Shown: one piece after another, positions 12,412 to 23,960 of the stretch | Numbering within the stretch: the stretch's first letter is position 1 | Layout of the letters: every line of letters begins with the position of its first letter | From: Chlorokybus atmophyticus | Lineage: Eukaryota; Plantae; Mesostigma and Chlorokybus algae | Direction: 5' to 3' | NCBI GenBank assembly: GCA_009103225.1 | Contig: RHPI01001715.1 | Location: 308,701 to 372,700 of the forward strand | DNA: 64,000 bases | Notes under the pieces: model-generated | The model's database searches: none | What the model saw: only the letters and a program-made list of their open reading frames with translations | Told to the model about the DNA's origin: nothing | Translations under genes and position numbers: made by a program

Positions 12412-14988
12412 TCACGCATCAGATCGGTTGCAAGGGCTGCACCTATCGGCCTCAGCAATCGCAGCCAGCATGACCTTCCAGAAAGCCGGCACGTCCATCA
12501 CCCGCGCCACTTTCACATTGGGAGGCAGCGGAGATGCGTGCCAGACGTCACACACCGTCTGACCCGCACTCAACTGTGGGTCAACAACATGGTCAGCACG
12601 ATGAGTGCTGCAGAACATAATGGTGAGCATTTGCACCTGCCAACTGATGACCAACCTCGCTGTGTACTTCAATGTCCACCCGCAGTAGCTCTGTCTGTTG
12701 TTGAAAGTTAGAAGAATAAACAGGCTGTTAGCAGTTGCAACCTGAGACTGATACAACTTTACATGTTACCTACAACTTGTTTGTTTACCGTGAAGAGCTG
12801 GGGTTGGATGACATAGGCGACAGCGCATGGGTCATGAAGAGGCGGGTTGCGGAAGTTGAACACGCGGAAGTATGTGTCAGCGAAGAACATCAACAGCTGG
12901 CAAGCTGCAAGTGCGCACGTGATAAGCTCATTACCTAGCGCATCACCATTTACAAGTACAAAGGTTGACGTGCCCAGTGAGCATACCTAGTTTGCGAAAG
13001 GGTGTTGGGCTGGAACTAAGAATGCTTGCGATGACATCAGGCGTCACCAACGCCGTGTGCGTAACCTTTGCAGTTCATGTGAGTCCATGCATTGGCCCAG
13101 AACAACACAAACAGAGTGGACAGGTTGTCTAGTGCTTACCTCGAGTGGTATCATGACAACGGGGATGCTCGACTCAAACACCATCTTTGCAGCCTCAGGG
13201 TCATTCTTTGGGGCAAACCATAGGCAACCATAGGCAGTTTACTTGAAGGCACGCGTGAATGCAAGTGGCATGGCAACCAGACCCCACACAAGCCTTACCT
13301 ACTGCCTGACCTGCATGTTGAACTCCGCCACCGGGCCTGAACAAATCATATTCAGTCAAAGATGACTCAAACTCAGTTTCTGTCACCTGTTATATGGATA
13401 TGGATAAAATGTTGTAAACGGACCTGTGTTACCGATGCCCAAACACCCGCCTATGCAAAGAAAAAAAACGCAGCATGTTAGCATTGAAGCGCGAGAGTCT
13501 TAACGTAAAAGGAACAACAATGGTTCTTGAGGTGGTTTGTAAACTGTGCGCCTCACCCATTAGCACAACCTGCATAGGAGCATGTACAGTTAAGTTGGAG
13601 GCTAAACTGCAAAAGTAAAGTGTGAATGCAGAAGAAACGCTCACCTCAATCATGTCTTTGACTTCAGGGTACACTGCCAATAGCAGCGCTGCGTTGGTGA
13701 GCGATCCAACGCACACGAGCGCCACCCGACTGGCAAGCCTGCAGTTGTCGTGAGTCTTGCGTACATCACAACAACAACAACAACGACAACAACAACGACA
13801 ACGGTAACGACATGAGCAACAGAAGGTGTTTGCAAACCTGCCTGTCCAGTGCGTACGCCCGCGATATCTTTTCAAACATGACATTCACAGCCTTTCCCTC
13901 CACCGGAGGCCTGCACAATACTCGTATCAACATCATTCTTAACAAACATGCCATCTAACCAACCTTACAGGCTGGGGCCAGCCCCCGGCCGAGGCATCTG
14001 CGGCTGGGGAAGAGGAGGAGGAGGAGGAGAAGGCGGAGGAGGTGGAAGGAGGAGGGATGTTGTGGACGTCGAGGCCGGTGATGCCATGAATCTCCGGACA
14101 GTGCTTCGCTGATCTTAGCAGCGGGCGAGGCGCCCCACTCACAAGCGCTGTAGTGTTTGTATTTGAGTATGTGCTGATAAAGCAGAGTGCGGAAAGTACT
14201 CTGCTTTATCAGCACATACTCAGAGTGCGGAAAGCACTCTGCTTTATCTGTGCGAGTGAATAGGCTTACGGATGTGATCAAGGCCGGCCATGCGCAGCAC
14301 CTTCTGCGCGTTCACGGTGGTCTTCTCCACCTGCCGGAGCGCACGTGTAATTGCATGCCTCAAGTTGTTGGTCACGCAGCACTGTGTGCTGCGTTACATG
14401 TCATCTCAGCTAGGGCATTTGTGCCTACATGCAAGAAGCATTCAACATGCATGCTCCGACCTTGCGTCCAAATCTCAAGCATACCGAAACGTATTTGCAG
14501 CATTGTGAGTGTTACCAAATGCAAACTGACCTGCACTACACAGCATGCACTGCGTTCGAGGAGATTGTGGCAGTGGTAGCACAGAACATCAAGCAATGCT
14601 GTTCAAGTTGCCATGAATGGTGTTGGAGTTGAGAACACTTCTTGTGAAAAGAACTTTACCGACTGATTGCCGTGCACGGTGCTGATCCCAAGCAGTCGCA
14701 ATGCACGGTTGTGGCCTGCCAGGATGATGGCCATGGCGTCATCATGCCCTGAACACAAGAAACACCAGACAACGACAAATCACCTCTCAGCATAATCATG
14801 TCACACAGCTTATGAAGCAAGCAACACACAAAGCAGCAGCTGCCTGTGTCAACCCCCCCCTTGCCTGGATCGCAGTCCAGCCACACCGCCCGAGGCGCCG
14901 GCTGCTGCTGCTCCGCCGCCCCCGTGGTGAGCCCCGTCAGCGAGGCCAGAGGTGGCAGGCAGCCGGACGGCGCTTGGGGAGAGTCCAT
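12412..14988 (-). CDS. Inosine/uridine-preferring nucleoside hydrolase (IUNH; NSH/URH family), about 12 exons
   Basis: Spliced motifs: WLDCDPG|HDDAMAIILA, GISTVHGNQ, HCPEIHGITGL, GSLTNAALLL, VVLMG|GCLGIGNTG|PVAEFNMQ|NDPEAA, PLE|VTHT, PPLHDPCAVAY and GQTVCDVW. These include the DxDPGxDD and HDP catalytic motifs. Confidence 0.93.
14164..14248. repeat. Perfect 25-bp inverted repeat with a partially duplicated arm, inside an intron
   Basis: 14164-14188 is the exact reverse complement of 14198-14222. 14221-14248 repeats the loop and right arm. Confidence 0.95.
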
Positions 14989-15957
14989 CGTCTGCTGCCA
15001 CCACTAATGACGCCGATAACGACAACGACAACGACGACGACGACGAGGAGGATGAGGAGGCCGACACCAACAAGAAGTGATCCGAACTGATCACAAAGCG
15101 ATCACCGCTGCTGATCTTGGTGATCGCAACCTGAACCTGTTCAGCCTGCGCACGTGCCGTGACATAGCTCAGCATTGTGTTGCGCAGCGATTGCTACATC
15201 TGTTGAGCAGCGGCGGCGGCGGCCGGGTGATCAGCGTGGGTGTGGGTGTGGGTGTGGATGCAAGTGGTTGCTGCGTAGCGGTGGTGGTCTTGGTCGGTGT
15301 GCGTGTGGTGGTCGGCTGCTGCACTGGTTGCGCACAGCGCAACACCGTACAGCACAGAACTGCACCGCACTCATGCTGAGGTCAGTGCGCATAGCATTTG
15401 TGCACAACACTCAAAGTTCTGAGATCAATAAAGTAGGCACTAAGCCTGAGTACCTTCGCTACTCATGGCATGAAATACTCGTCACAGGTGATTTCCCGGC
15501 ATCATTTTAAGTCGTCATGATGTGTAATGATGACTTGCTGACCAGTATAGCTGCTTGTTGCATCATGGAGTGGCGACGTTGTTACTCGCTATGCTGTTCT
15601 TTGATATGCCTGCCAGTTTGTCATTGTCACTGTTGTTTGATTTACCAAACCGTGCTGCACCTAACCGTACTGACCTCAATGCACACCAAACAGGCAACAA
15701 ACCACATGTATATGCAATATGCACAGTGAGTCCAGCCATGCCGCATGTCCTTACCTACACTTCACCACACTGCACACATCTTCACATGCACGCGACATGT
15801 AGGCTTTCCAGTGTGACCAATGAAAGACTCACTCACGCATGCTAGACACAATCACAGCGGAGCGCACATCAAGCATTAAGAGGTCTGAAAGTGGTTGCGT
15901 CAACACCCAATGCGCCGCCTCACACATTATGGTTGCCGTGCAAACAGGACAAGGAGC

Positions 15958-16470
15958 ATGATGCTAAGGTTATCAATGAAGACATTGGCTGTGCTACTGC
16001 CCTGTTGCTGCTTGCTTGCGATGCTTGCCTCCAGTGCTAAGGCAAACACATCCACACTTCAAACCACAACGAACGGAAGCAGCAGCACAAGAGACACATT
16101 GCGCAGCTTCCCCACCACTATGCTCGAAGAGTTTCAGGTGGGGGAGGTGATGTGGCGATCGTACATGGATGGCGGGATGAGGCGGCCCTATTACTCTGAG
16201 GTGGACACTCAACGTACTCAGTGGGAAGACCCACGCAGGCGTGTCGGGTTGTGGTGGGGTTTCATGCCTGTGTGGCTCGTCGTGGGGGTGAGTGTTGTGT
16301 TGGTGGCAATCACCGCCGCGCGCATAGGGTACCTCGCTATTTACTGCCCCGAGAGCCTTTGGCCCACCAAGGCCAAGAAGCACCGCATGCGCGGACAAAA
16401 GCAACGCCACCTCAAGCAGCGCGGGAAGCTCACGCAAGGCAAAAATGGTGGGGCTCACTACTTTTTCTAA
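15958..16470 (+). CDS. Single-exon type I membrane protein: signal peptide, S/T-rich linker, WW domain, TM helix and basic tail
   Basis: 170-aa ORF. Hydrophobic leader MKTLAVLLPCCCLLAMLASSAKA; WW-like WRSYMDGGMRRPYYSEVDTQRTQWEDP; TM WLVVGVSVVLVAITAARIGYLAIY; K/R-rich tail ending in YFF. Confidence 0.75.
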   Translation: MMLRLSMKTLAVLLPCCCLLAMLASSAKANTSTLQTTTNGSSSTRDTLRSFPTTMLEEFQVGEVMWRSYMDGGMRRPYYSEVDTQRTQWEDPRRRVGLWWGFMPVWLVVGVSVVLVAITAARIGYLAIYCPESLWPTKAKKHRMRGQKQRHLKQRGKLTQGKNGGAHYFF

Positions 16471-16893
16471 GTGCAGTATAGCAGCTTTCTCCAGTTACTA
16501 AGAGTTACATCTGGAGACCTGTACTGGACAGGTTTGACTTTGTCCTCGTGCCTTGAGCCTACGCATGCATTAGCCTTCAGAGGGTTTGCTACATGTTGAC
16601 GACTGGTGACATCAGATGCATGCAGGGTCTCACTTCTGACTGCCGTGCAATTGACAGATGATCTGATGTGCACAACACGTCTACCACTCAAGACTACCGA
16701 GTCACTTCTGCTGGCACGAGACAATCACCTTGACTGCAAAACCGTGTGGTGTGTTTGAAAAGCTGTTGCCTGCTGGCCTAATGAACCTCACATCTGCATG
16801 CTGAGCGGCTTGAGTGAGGCTGCCGCAGATAAAGGTACAACCCTGTGATCTTTGGAGAGGCTCGCAACGGAGACATGTTTGTATGTGAGCTAC

Positions 16894-19377
16894 TCAGCTG
16901 CGCTGATTGGGCTGGATCTCCTGCAGTACTTTCACATAGGACGTCGGGAACCAACCAGCTTTGCCCTTGCATTGGCCATCTGACCACCCCGAGTCGGTGG
17001 TCTGTAGACATGAAACACAACTTAGACCCCCGGCTGCAAGAAATGCTGTGGTCAAGAACAAGATTGAGGTCGTGTGGTCAAGCATACCTGGCGCACAACA
17101 ATGTACTCTCCTTTGCGCAAACTGAGTTCTCCCGGTTCCACTGCCGTGTAGTCATGCAACACCTGTCACAACAGAATGATGAGCGTTATTGTTCTTGCCT
17201 GGCTTTCCAACCTCTGAGGGTGTGCTATACAAAACATGGTGGTCATACCTCTGCCAGCATTTGCGGTTTGCTCGCCGGTTTCGGTGCTTTGGTTGCACTT
17301 CCGGGCTCGCTCTTCGCGGAGGAGCCCATGTCCAAGTCGAATAAGTCATCCACGCCGGAAGTAGCCCTGCTGCCAGCGGAGTTGGTGCGTGCGGCCGGTG
17401 CTGTGGATGCGCTGCTGGGCCGGTCCGCCGAGCGTGCCATATTGTTGGTCATCACGTCGTCGTAGGAAGGAGGGGGAGGTGCGGAGGTGGTTGACGAGTT
17501 GTCAAAGGCAGCAGCTGCACAGGGTGCGAAAAGTTGAGTGGCAAACACATATGACCATAGACATAACCATCAACGCCGGATGAATATGTGGCAGCTCAAG
17601 TGCTGCGAGCGCACGACTGACATGTACAGGGCACCGCAAGACGGTATATGATACAGGTACCTGCAGAGCTGGCGCCTCGCCGGATAGGGCTGTGCGTGCG
17701 CTCTTGACCATCGGAAGCCTGCTCTGTGCGGCGCTGCTCTGCGACCAACTGCGAGTATGCTGTATGCATGAGTTAACAAATTACAGCATGCAGCTCAATG
17801 CACAATGCACAGCATGACAGCGTAGCGGGTGGACGAAACTGTGCGTGTACCAGATAAGCTGTGGTTGTGTGAGTGCCAGCTAACAGAGAAACCACAAAAC
17901 CAATCAAGCTGTGCAGCAGACAGCCTAGCTTGCTTGGTTGCTTGGTTGGCATCAACAGTTCCTGACTCAGCTCACCTGAACATACAGCCGGTCCAGTGTG
18001 TTGTATGTCTTGTTCAACATGTCTCTCTCCATCTCAACCTGTCCAAAGCCAAGGATAAGCACATACACATTTCATTGCTGTTGGGCGCCATTGCACGTGT
18101 ACACCAACATGCGATAATGCTCTATACCATTGAGACCAGCCGCGCAAGCGCTTCCCGCTGTTGTGCTGCAGCAACTGCTTTGTGCGCATGCGCTGCCTCT
18201 TCGCCTTGGGCCTGCATGACAGCCACCAGTTCATGCTGCTTGGCCTCTATGGACGAGAGCTTGTCCTGATCCGCTCCAGACCCATCGCGCGCTATACGAT
18301 CCCTGCGCTGCCTTGATTGAGCCACCTGCCAAGGACAGGGGCAGAGATTACAATTACAACAACGCTGGATGGACTTTGTTGCTGAAAAGGCGCATGATGC
18401 CCAGTGTTGTAATCAAGTAGAAAGACCAACACATGCATTCACTTGAAGGTGATGATGTACGCACCAACGCATCAACGTCGCTTCGCACTTTCTCATAGCG
18501 CTTTGATGCTAGCCGAGCTTCATCTAGATGTCCATTGTTAATTACTCCTCGTAGTGGCTCCACAATCTACAATGCATACAACATATTCTCACTTGCCTCC
18601 CAGTGAACTTCACCATTGCTGTGCTTGGCAAGAAGCTATCACCACCCAACTCAATGCGTAACCCGTACCTGGTCCTGTACTTTGCGATGGAACGTGTCAC
18701 GCTCGCTTTCAAGCTGTGTCCTCGCTATACCATACTGCAAGCATGCCAGCCCCAGCGTCGTGCCTTGACCAGGACCCTCCGTGCCATACCCGCGGCAAAA
18801 CTCAACAAGGCGAACGCCTGCAACCAGCCTTGCTGTCACAAAACTCTACGCAGTGTTGCCTGTGACACAGTATACACTGAAAAAGAGTGCTTGAGCAGGT
18901 GGCACAAACCTGTCTCAGTGTAGCGATTTCCTGCAGTGCACAGGTTATCCACAGATCGAACCAAGTCTTTGATGAAGTGCTGCAACACAGATGTTTGATA
19001 GGCATGGCAGTCTTGCACTATGCGATACGCAGAAACAAATTGATTTGCCAAAAAAAGGCAGATAGCACCAATGCAAGTCAGACTGCAACTGACTCTAACC
19101 TTGTTGTGCGTGGTAATGTGGTTTAGCCTTTCCAGTTCGTCATGCTGCTGCCGAAACTCATCACTTTCATCTGTTGGTCTTGGACCGGCATGCGCGCCAC
19201 CAAGCTTCTCCAGCACAGCCTGCGCCGTCCCATGATTTAATTGCGCTGTTACCTCAACGTTGCTTTTGGCAATGCAACACCACCAAAGGGTCCTGCAGCA
19301 GAGGCTTCATGTGCTGCAGGATCACAAGAAGCACTTACATCTCTTGTGGAAAGAACCCGCTGTCGCAAGATGTCCAT
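16894..19377 (-). CDS. SH3P2: SH3P2-like BAR + SH3 domain protein, about 11 exons
   Basis: The exons follow plant SH3P2 colinearly: QAVLEKLGG..ELERL, HFIKDLVRSVD, YGIARTQLESER, EPLRGVINNGHLDEARLASKRYEKVR, PPPPSYDD, VLHDYTAVEPGELSLRKGEYIVVRQ|TTDSGWSDGQCKGKAGWFP. The start (MDILRQR at 19377) is uncertain, and upstream exons may extend to ~20213. Confidence 0.88.
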
Positions 19378-20783
19378 TGTGAGTGGAGGTAGCTGCTTTC
19401 AGTGCAGTGACCTCACACTGCATCACATGCGATCTCATGTTTGCAAGAAACAATAGTAGCAAGTACAGAAGCAGGCTCTCAACAAGCTCCAACAAACAAC
19501 TATGTAGCATGCAGTAACATGTGCGCAGCATGAATTTGCACACAAACAACAATCAGAAACAACTGGAAAACGAGCTCTCAACAACCTCCGAACACCTTAT
19601 CCCCAATTGACACCCGTATGATCTACTTAACCACAAGCAAGTCACCGGGAAAACATGCCATTGCCAAAAGCAGGCAACCTGTCCGCCATATTTGCTGGCG
19701 CTGAGAAATATTATACCACGCCCGCACAGAGAAGCAATCATGTCTCTACGCCCAGCAATCCGTTAATATACACAACATGCTTCGCTTATCATCTGATCAA
19801 GCATGGCACTTGTGGCTGCTGGCTATTATAGCCACAACTGCCATCACAGGTGTGCCGTGTCCGACAGTAATGCAACAAGCTCGTGTTCCCCGAATTATCA
19901 ATAAGGCAAACCTGCGGCAGCAGTCAAGCTAACGATCCCCTCCGCGTCGCAGCTTGGCAGCCCCAAAACTCACAGCCCTAAACCTTACCGGCGACACTGA
20001 CAGCGGCACGGGGAAGATCCACCGGCAGAGGCAAACACAGTCTACCTGCTGCCGGACGTCCTCACCCACGTGTAGAGACAGATCGCCGCCCACACCACCG
20101 CCCCCAACGACAAGCTGCGGCAGATCGCAGCGGGCAAGGCATTGACCGGCAGAGTCACACACAGTTGTGCTGGCACCGTTGACGGGAGCTTCTGACCGTC
20201 GGATCGCCTGCACGCCATGCGCTCAATGGCTGGATGTACAGTAAGCAGGTTGCCGTCCGATGCCGCCACGGCTGATGGCTTGGATCCAATCGAGTTGTCG
20301 CTCGCAACAATTATGGCCAGTGTGCTATGGTTGATTTGAGTGATCAAGTGCAAATTAGCGTGCTGAGGTTGCTAACACTAGCGTGCTAAGGTTTGGGATA
20401 TTCACAAAAGTCCGCACTGGCTCAGGTCTCGGCCTTCAAGTACAGGGGCGGATGCTTTGTTATATCACCCATGGTAGTTGATAAGCATGAATAGTGGCGA
20501 GATGCAATTCCAAGTACAAGCTTAACAAAATGGAATTGCATCTCTGCGACCATCTGCATGGTATTGATATCAATGAAACAGAAATGTGTAAAACGCTATG
20601 ACATACAAACACTCGAGCAGTAGTGGAAGCTTTACGCGTGCTGATGTCGATCCGTGTTGCCACTCTGTCTTTGGGTGGCACTTATTCTTGTCTCCATGCA
20701 GTGCTTGCAAAGTATACATGCAGTGCTTAACAATGCGATAAGCGCTGGCAATAGGTTGATGTAGTGGCTGCAAGAGGACCGAA

Positions 20784-23554
20784 CTAATCAGGAGGAGAGG
20801 TGAATGCAATGCAAGCGTTTGTGCCTCCAAAGCCGAAACTGTTGTTGAGAGCTGCTCTAGTCTCTTGCCGCAGCGCAACACGGGGCACAAAATTGCCATT
20901 GACACCAACATCCAAGGTGTGAAGGTTGATCGTGGGTGGCACTACTCCCTGAAGAATAGGTGAGTTAACATGGGCATCAATTGGATGAATAAAATATGTG
21001 CAGTACAGTCTGACTGATTTGAGACGGCCGCACAAACGATCAAGGAGCATTAGGGCAAATCCAGAGCTGCACAGGACAACGCGAACAGAACACAATTCTT
21101 GGAGACGCTATGTGAGCGAGGAGGAGGTTCTTTGCCAGATGTACCTTTGCAATAGCAAGGACGGTGAAGATGGACTCGACTGCCCCAGCTGCCCCAAGCA
21201 GATGTCCAATTGCTCCCTTTGTAGAAGATACAGCAACGTTGCAGGATGTCAGCCGCGACTCGAACACCTTAGATATCGCCGTTGCTTCAGCAGCATCACC
21301 AAGCGGTGTTGATGTCGCGTGTGCATTGATGTAAGTCACATCCCTTGGATTGAGTCCTGCCTGCAGGCAAGCGTCCAACTTGATGAGCGCCGGAGAGCAG
21401 TGACATCTATACATGACAGCATTTGGTAGTCCGCTTGCCTGCTGCAAGGCTCTTTGCATGGCAAGCAATGCTCCTGTGCCCTCCGCCAATGGCTGGGTTA
21501 TGTGGTTTGCATCACCTGTCAATCAACCCTGTTTGTGCTACTCCTGTGCGCTTGAGTACTCAACATGTGCAAGCGTATGCATACCTGACGTTCCATAGCC
21601 TCGAACTTCAGCATACATCTTGGCGCCTCGCTCCCGAGCATGCTCAAGCTCTTCTAGCACCAGTACTCCAGCCCCTTCGCCAATGACAAAACCGCTACGA
21701 TCTTTGTCGAAAGGACGTGAAGCCTCTGCGGGTTTGTCATTGTAGCTGGTGGTGAGTGCCTGAGGTGTGAACCCATCAGCATGCAAATACACGATTTGCG
21801 CAAGTCGCTTTGCAGCACACCCAGCATACCCACCTTCATCCTTCCAAAGCCAGCGAGTGCAATGCTGTCTACGCAAGCTTCGCTGCTGCCAGCTACCATT
21901 ACATCCGCATCACCATACCTATCACCCAAACAGGTTCAGCCACGCTCGCATACATGCTAGTCGTTCAGGCAATGGCGGCTGTGCGATACCTTATGAATCT
22001 TGCAGCATCCCCAATGGAATGCGCACCGCTGGCACAGGCAGTGACTGCTGCATGATTAGGGCCAGCAAAGCCATGCTTGATGGACACATGCCCAGCCGCC
22101 ATGTTGATCAAGATCTTTGGAATGAAAAAGGGGCTCAACCTGCGCAATCTCTCCGTAGCAACAAGCTGACCTGGCCACAGCCACTTAGCGACTGTGCTAC
22201 TCATCTTCTTGAGTGTCAATGCGCACATTGCCACATCATGCGCCCAAAAAACGGCACAACAATGGTAGCAAACAAACTCAGCACGAGAATTGGAAGTATT
22301 CATGCAGGTACCAACTGACTTAAACAGCTACACACCTGCTTCCATAATGTCGGCTATGCACCCAATGCCAGACCCAATGGCTACTCCTGTTCGCTGGCGT
22401 TCGTGCTTGTCCTCTGGCGCCCAACCAGCATCAGCGAGCGCTTCTGCTGCAGCCTTCAGTGCGTACACCACAAATGCCGCCATCCTTCCATCCTGCGCTA
22501 CATTGCGGCATATGACTAGGTGCAGATAACAACACAAACTGCCGACTGAGTGCACAACTACTAGTACACACTGGAGGGACGGCAATGTAGCACATTTGTC
22601 TCGCATGCTGCTTTATGTGTTGTGGGGTGCTGACAGAGTACTACTGAGCGTGAACAGGTCACGAGTAGAGCCACAAGCAAAAGTAAGATAATGTTTAATG
22701 AATGCATGTTATGTACTGAAGCGCTTGCTGTTGTCAACTGCTTGAGCATGCTCCATTGCTAATAACGGCTTCATGCATCACACAATGCTTGCATGGTGTC
22801 CGCAACCGTGTAGTACAATCGTGCGCTACCTGCTGTGCATCCAACAACTCATCAGGTACGCGTGCAGCGATCCGCGATGGCAGCTGGCTGAGAGTGCGCT
22901 CAGCCAGCGCCAAGCCCCCGTTCGTCGCGATGTCCGCCGGCCGCAGCTGGCGAATTGCGCAGTCTCCGCGGATCAGCCGCTGCCATGTTGCATCGACACC
23001 CTCTGCTAGAGGCGTCACCAGACCCAAACCTGCCATCAGGTTCTATTAGCTGTAGACTCAAGACGCCGTAAACGCCTCAGCAGTTGCGTCTTGCAGTGAA
23101 GCACTGTGAAGATGGTTGCGAAACCATCTTCGCGGAGTTTTAATGGTTTCGCAACCATCAAAGAGTTTACCAGATACAACCGCAATCCTGCACTGCACCG
23201 GTCAGAAACCAACCAAGACTTGCCCGCATGCACATGCACCACGACAAGTTGCATGGTGTCAAGTGAGACTCGAAGGCTGCCACTCAGCATAGATTGCATC
23301 CGTAATCTCTGTTGCACATCATCACTCACTGCACATCACTCAGAGTTGCATGGCATAGCTATGTGTCCTACACTGCGCTTAGGTAAGCTTGCAGCTCGCA
23401 GCATGCAGCATCCTATACCTGTAACGACCACTCTGCGCTGTGGAGCCAGTGGCGGGGGCCCGAACGGGTCGCTACCAGCAGCTCCAGCGCTGCCATAGGT
23501 GCGGCCGCATGCTACCCGCAGAAAGCGCAGCGTCCCAGCCGCCGCCCGAGCCAT
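20784..23554 (-). CDS. KAS: Mitochondrial 3-oxoacyl-ACP synthase (mtKAS / FabF / OXSM family), about 9 exons
   Basis: Arg-rich presequence, then RRVVVTG|[27 protein letters not shown], the catalytic Cys in [62 protein letters not shown] and [10 protein letters not shown]. Confidence 0.95.
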
Positions 23555-23960
23555 GAGCAGGGCAACATGTCCCGGACAAGTCTTGCACCATTTCGGGATG
23601 CGGACCCAAAGACTTTTCTAGGGTTGTTAGGGTTATAAAAACGCCGCTTGACCGTGGGATGCACGCATCCAATGGTGTGAGTGCCTCGCGAGGGATATGC
23701 ACGGCGCGGTGGCTGTGCCGAACCTTCACGGCCGAGAAACTTTTCAGGCCCTTATGGCTTTTTGTACTGCTAAAGCTTGTCAGCAGGGATATCTCCGCGG
23801 CCGCCGCCGCCGCCGCCGTGGTACAGGTCGTTGGTAACATCCGTGGAGGTGATTGCTTGCGAACGGCCAGGGTTATCAGCGTGTTAGGTCGGGTCACGGC
23901 GGGTAAAGCACGCTTTCTTGGTGGGAGTTGTTGCAGCTGGTGCTGCAAGCTGACAGTACG
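23555..23960. promoter_or_regulatory. CpG-rich bidirectional promoter/leader region between the divergent KAS and RAD23 genes
   Basis: The start codons are ~400 bp apart, head-to-head. The region is CG-rich and has ttagggtt (telo-like) followed by tataaaa near 23626-23640. Confidence 0.5.

Noticed and set aside
15078-15130. Cluster of five GATC sites with a 9-bp inverted repeat (GCGATCACC/GGTGATCGC) in the nucleoside hydrolase leader
   Set aside because: The stem is short enough to arise by chance in GC-rich leader DNA, and there is no second instance.
15958-17480. WW-domain gene lying tail-to-tail with SH3P2, which carries a PPSY (PPxY) motif
   Set aside because: Adjacency rarely implies interaction in eukaryotes, the PPxY is ancestral in SH3P2, and the WW domain is predicted to be on the other side of the membrane.
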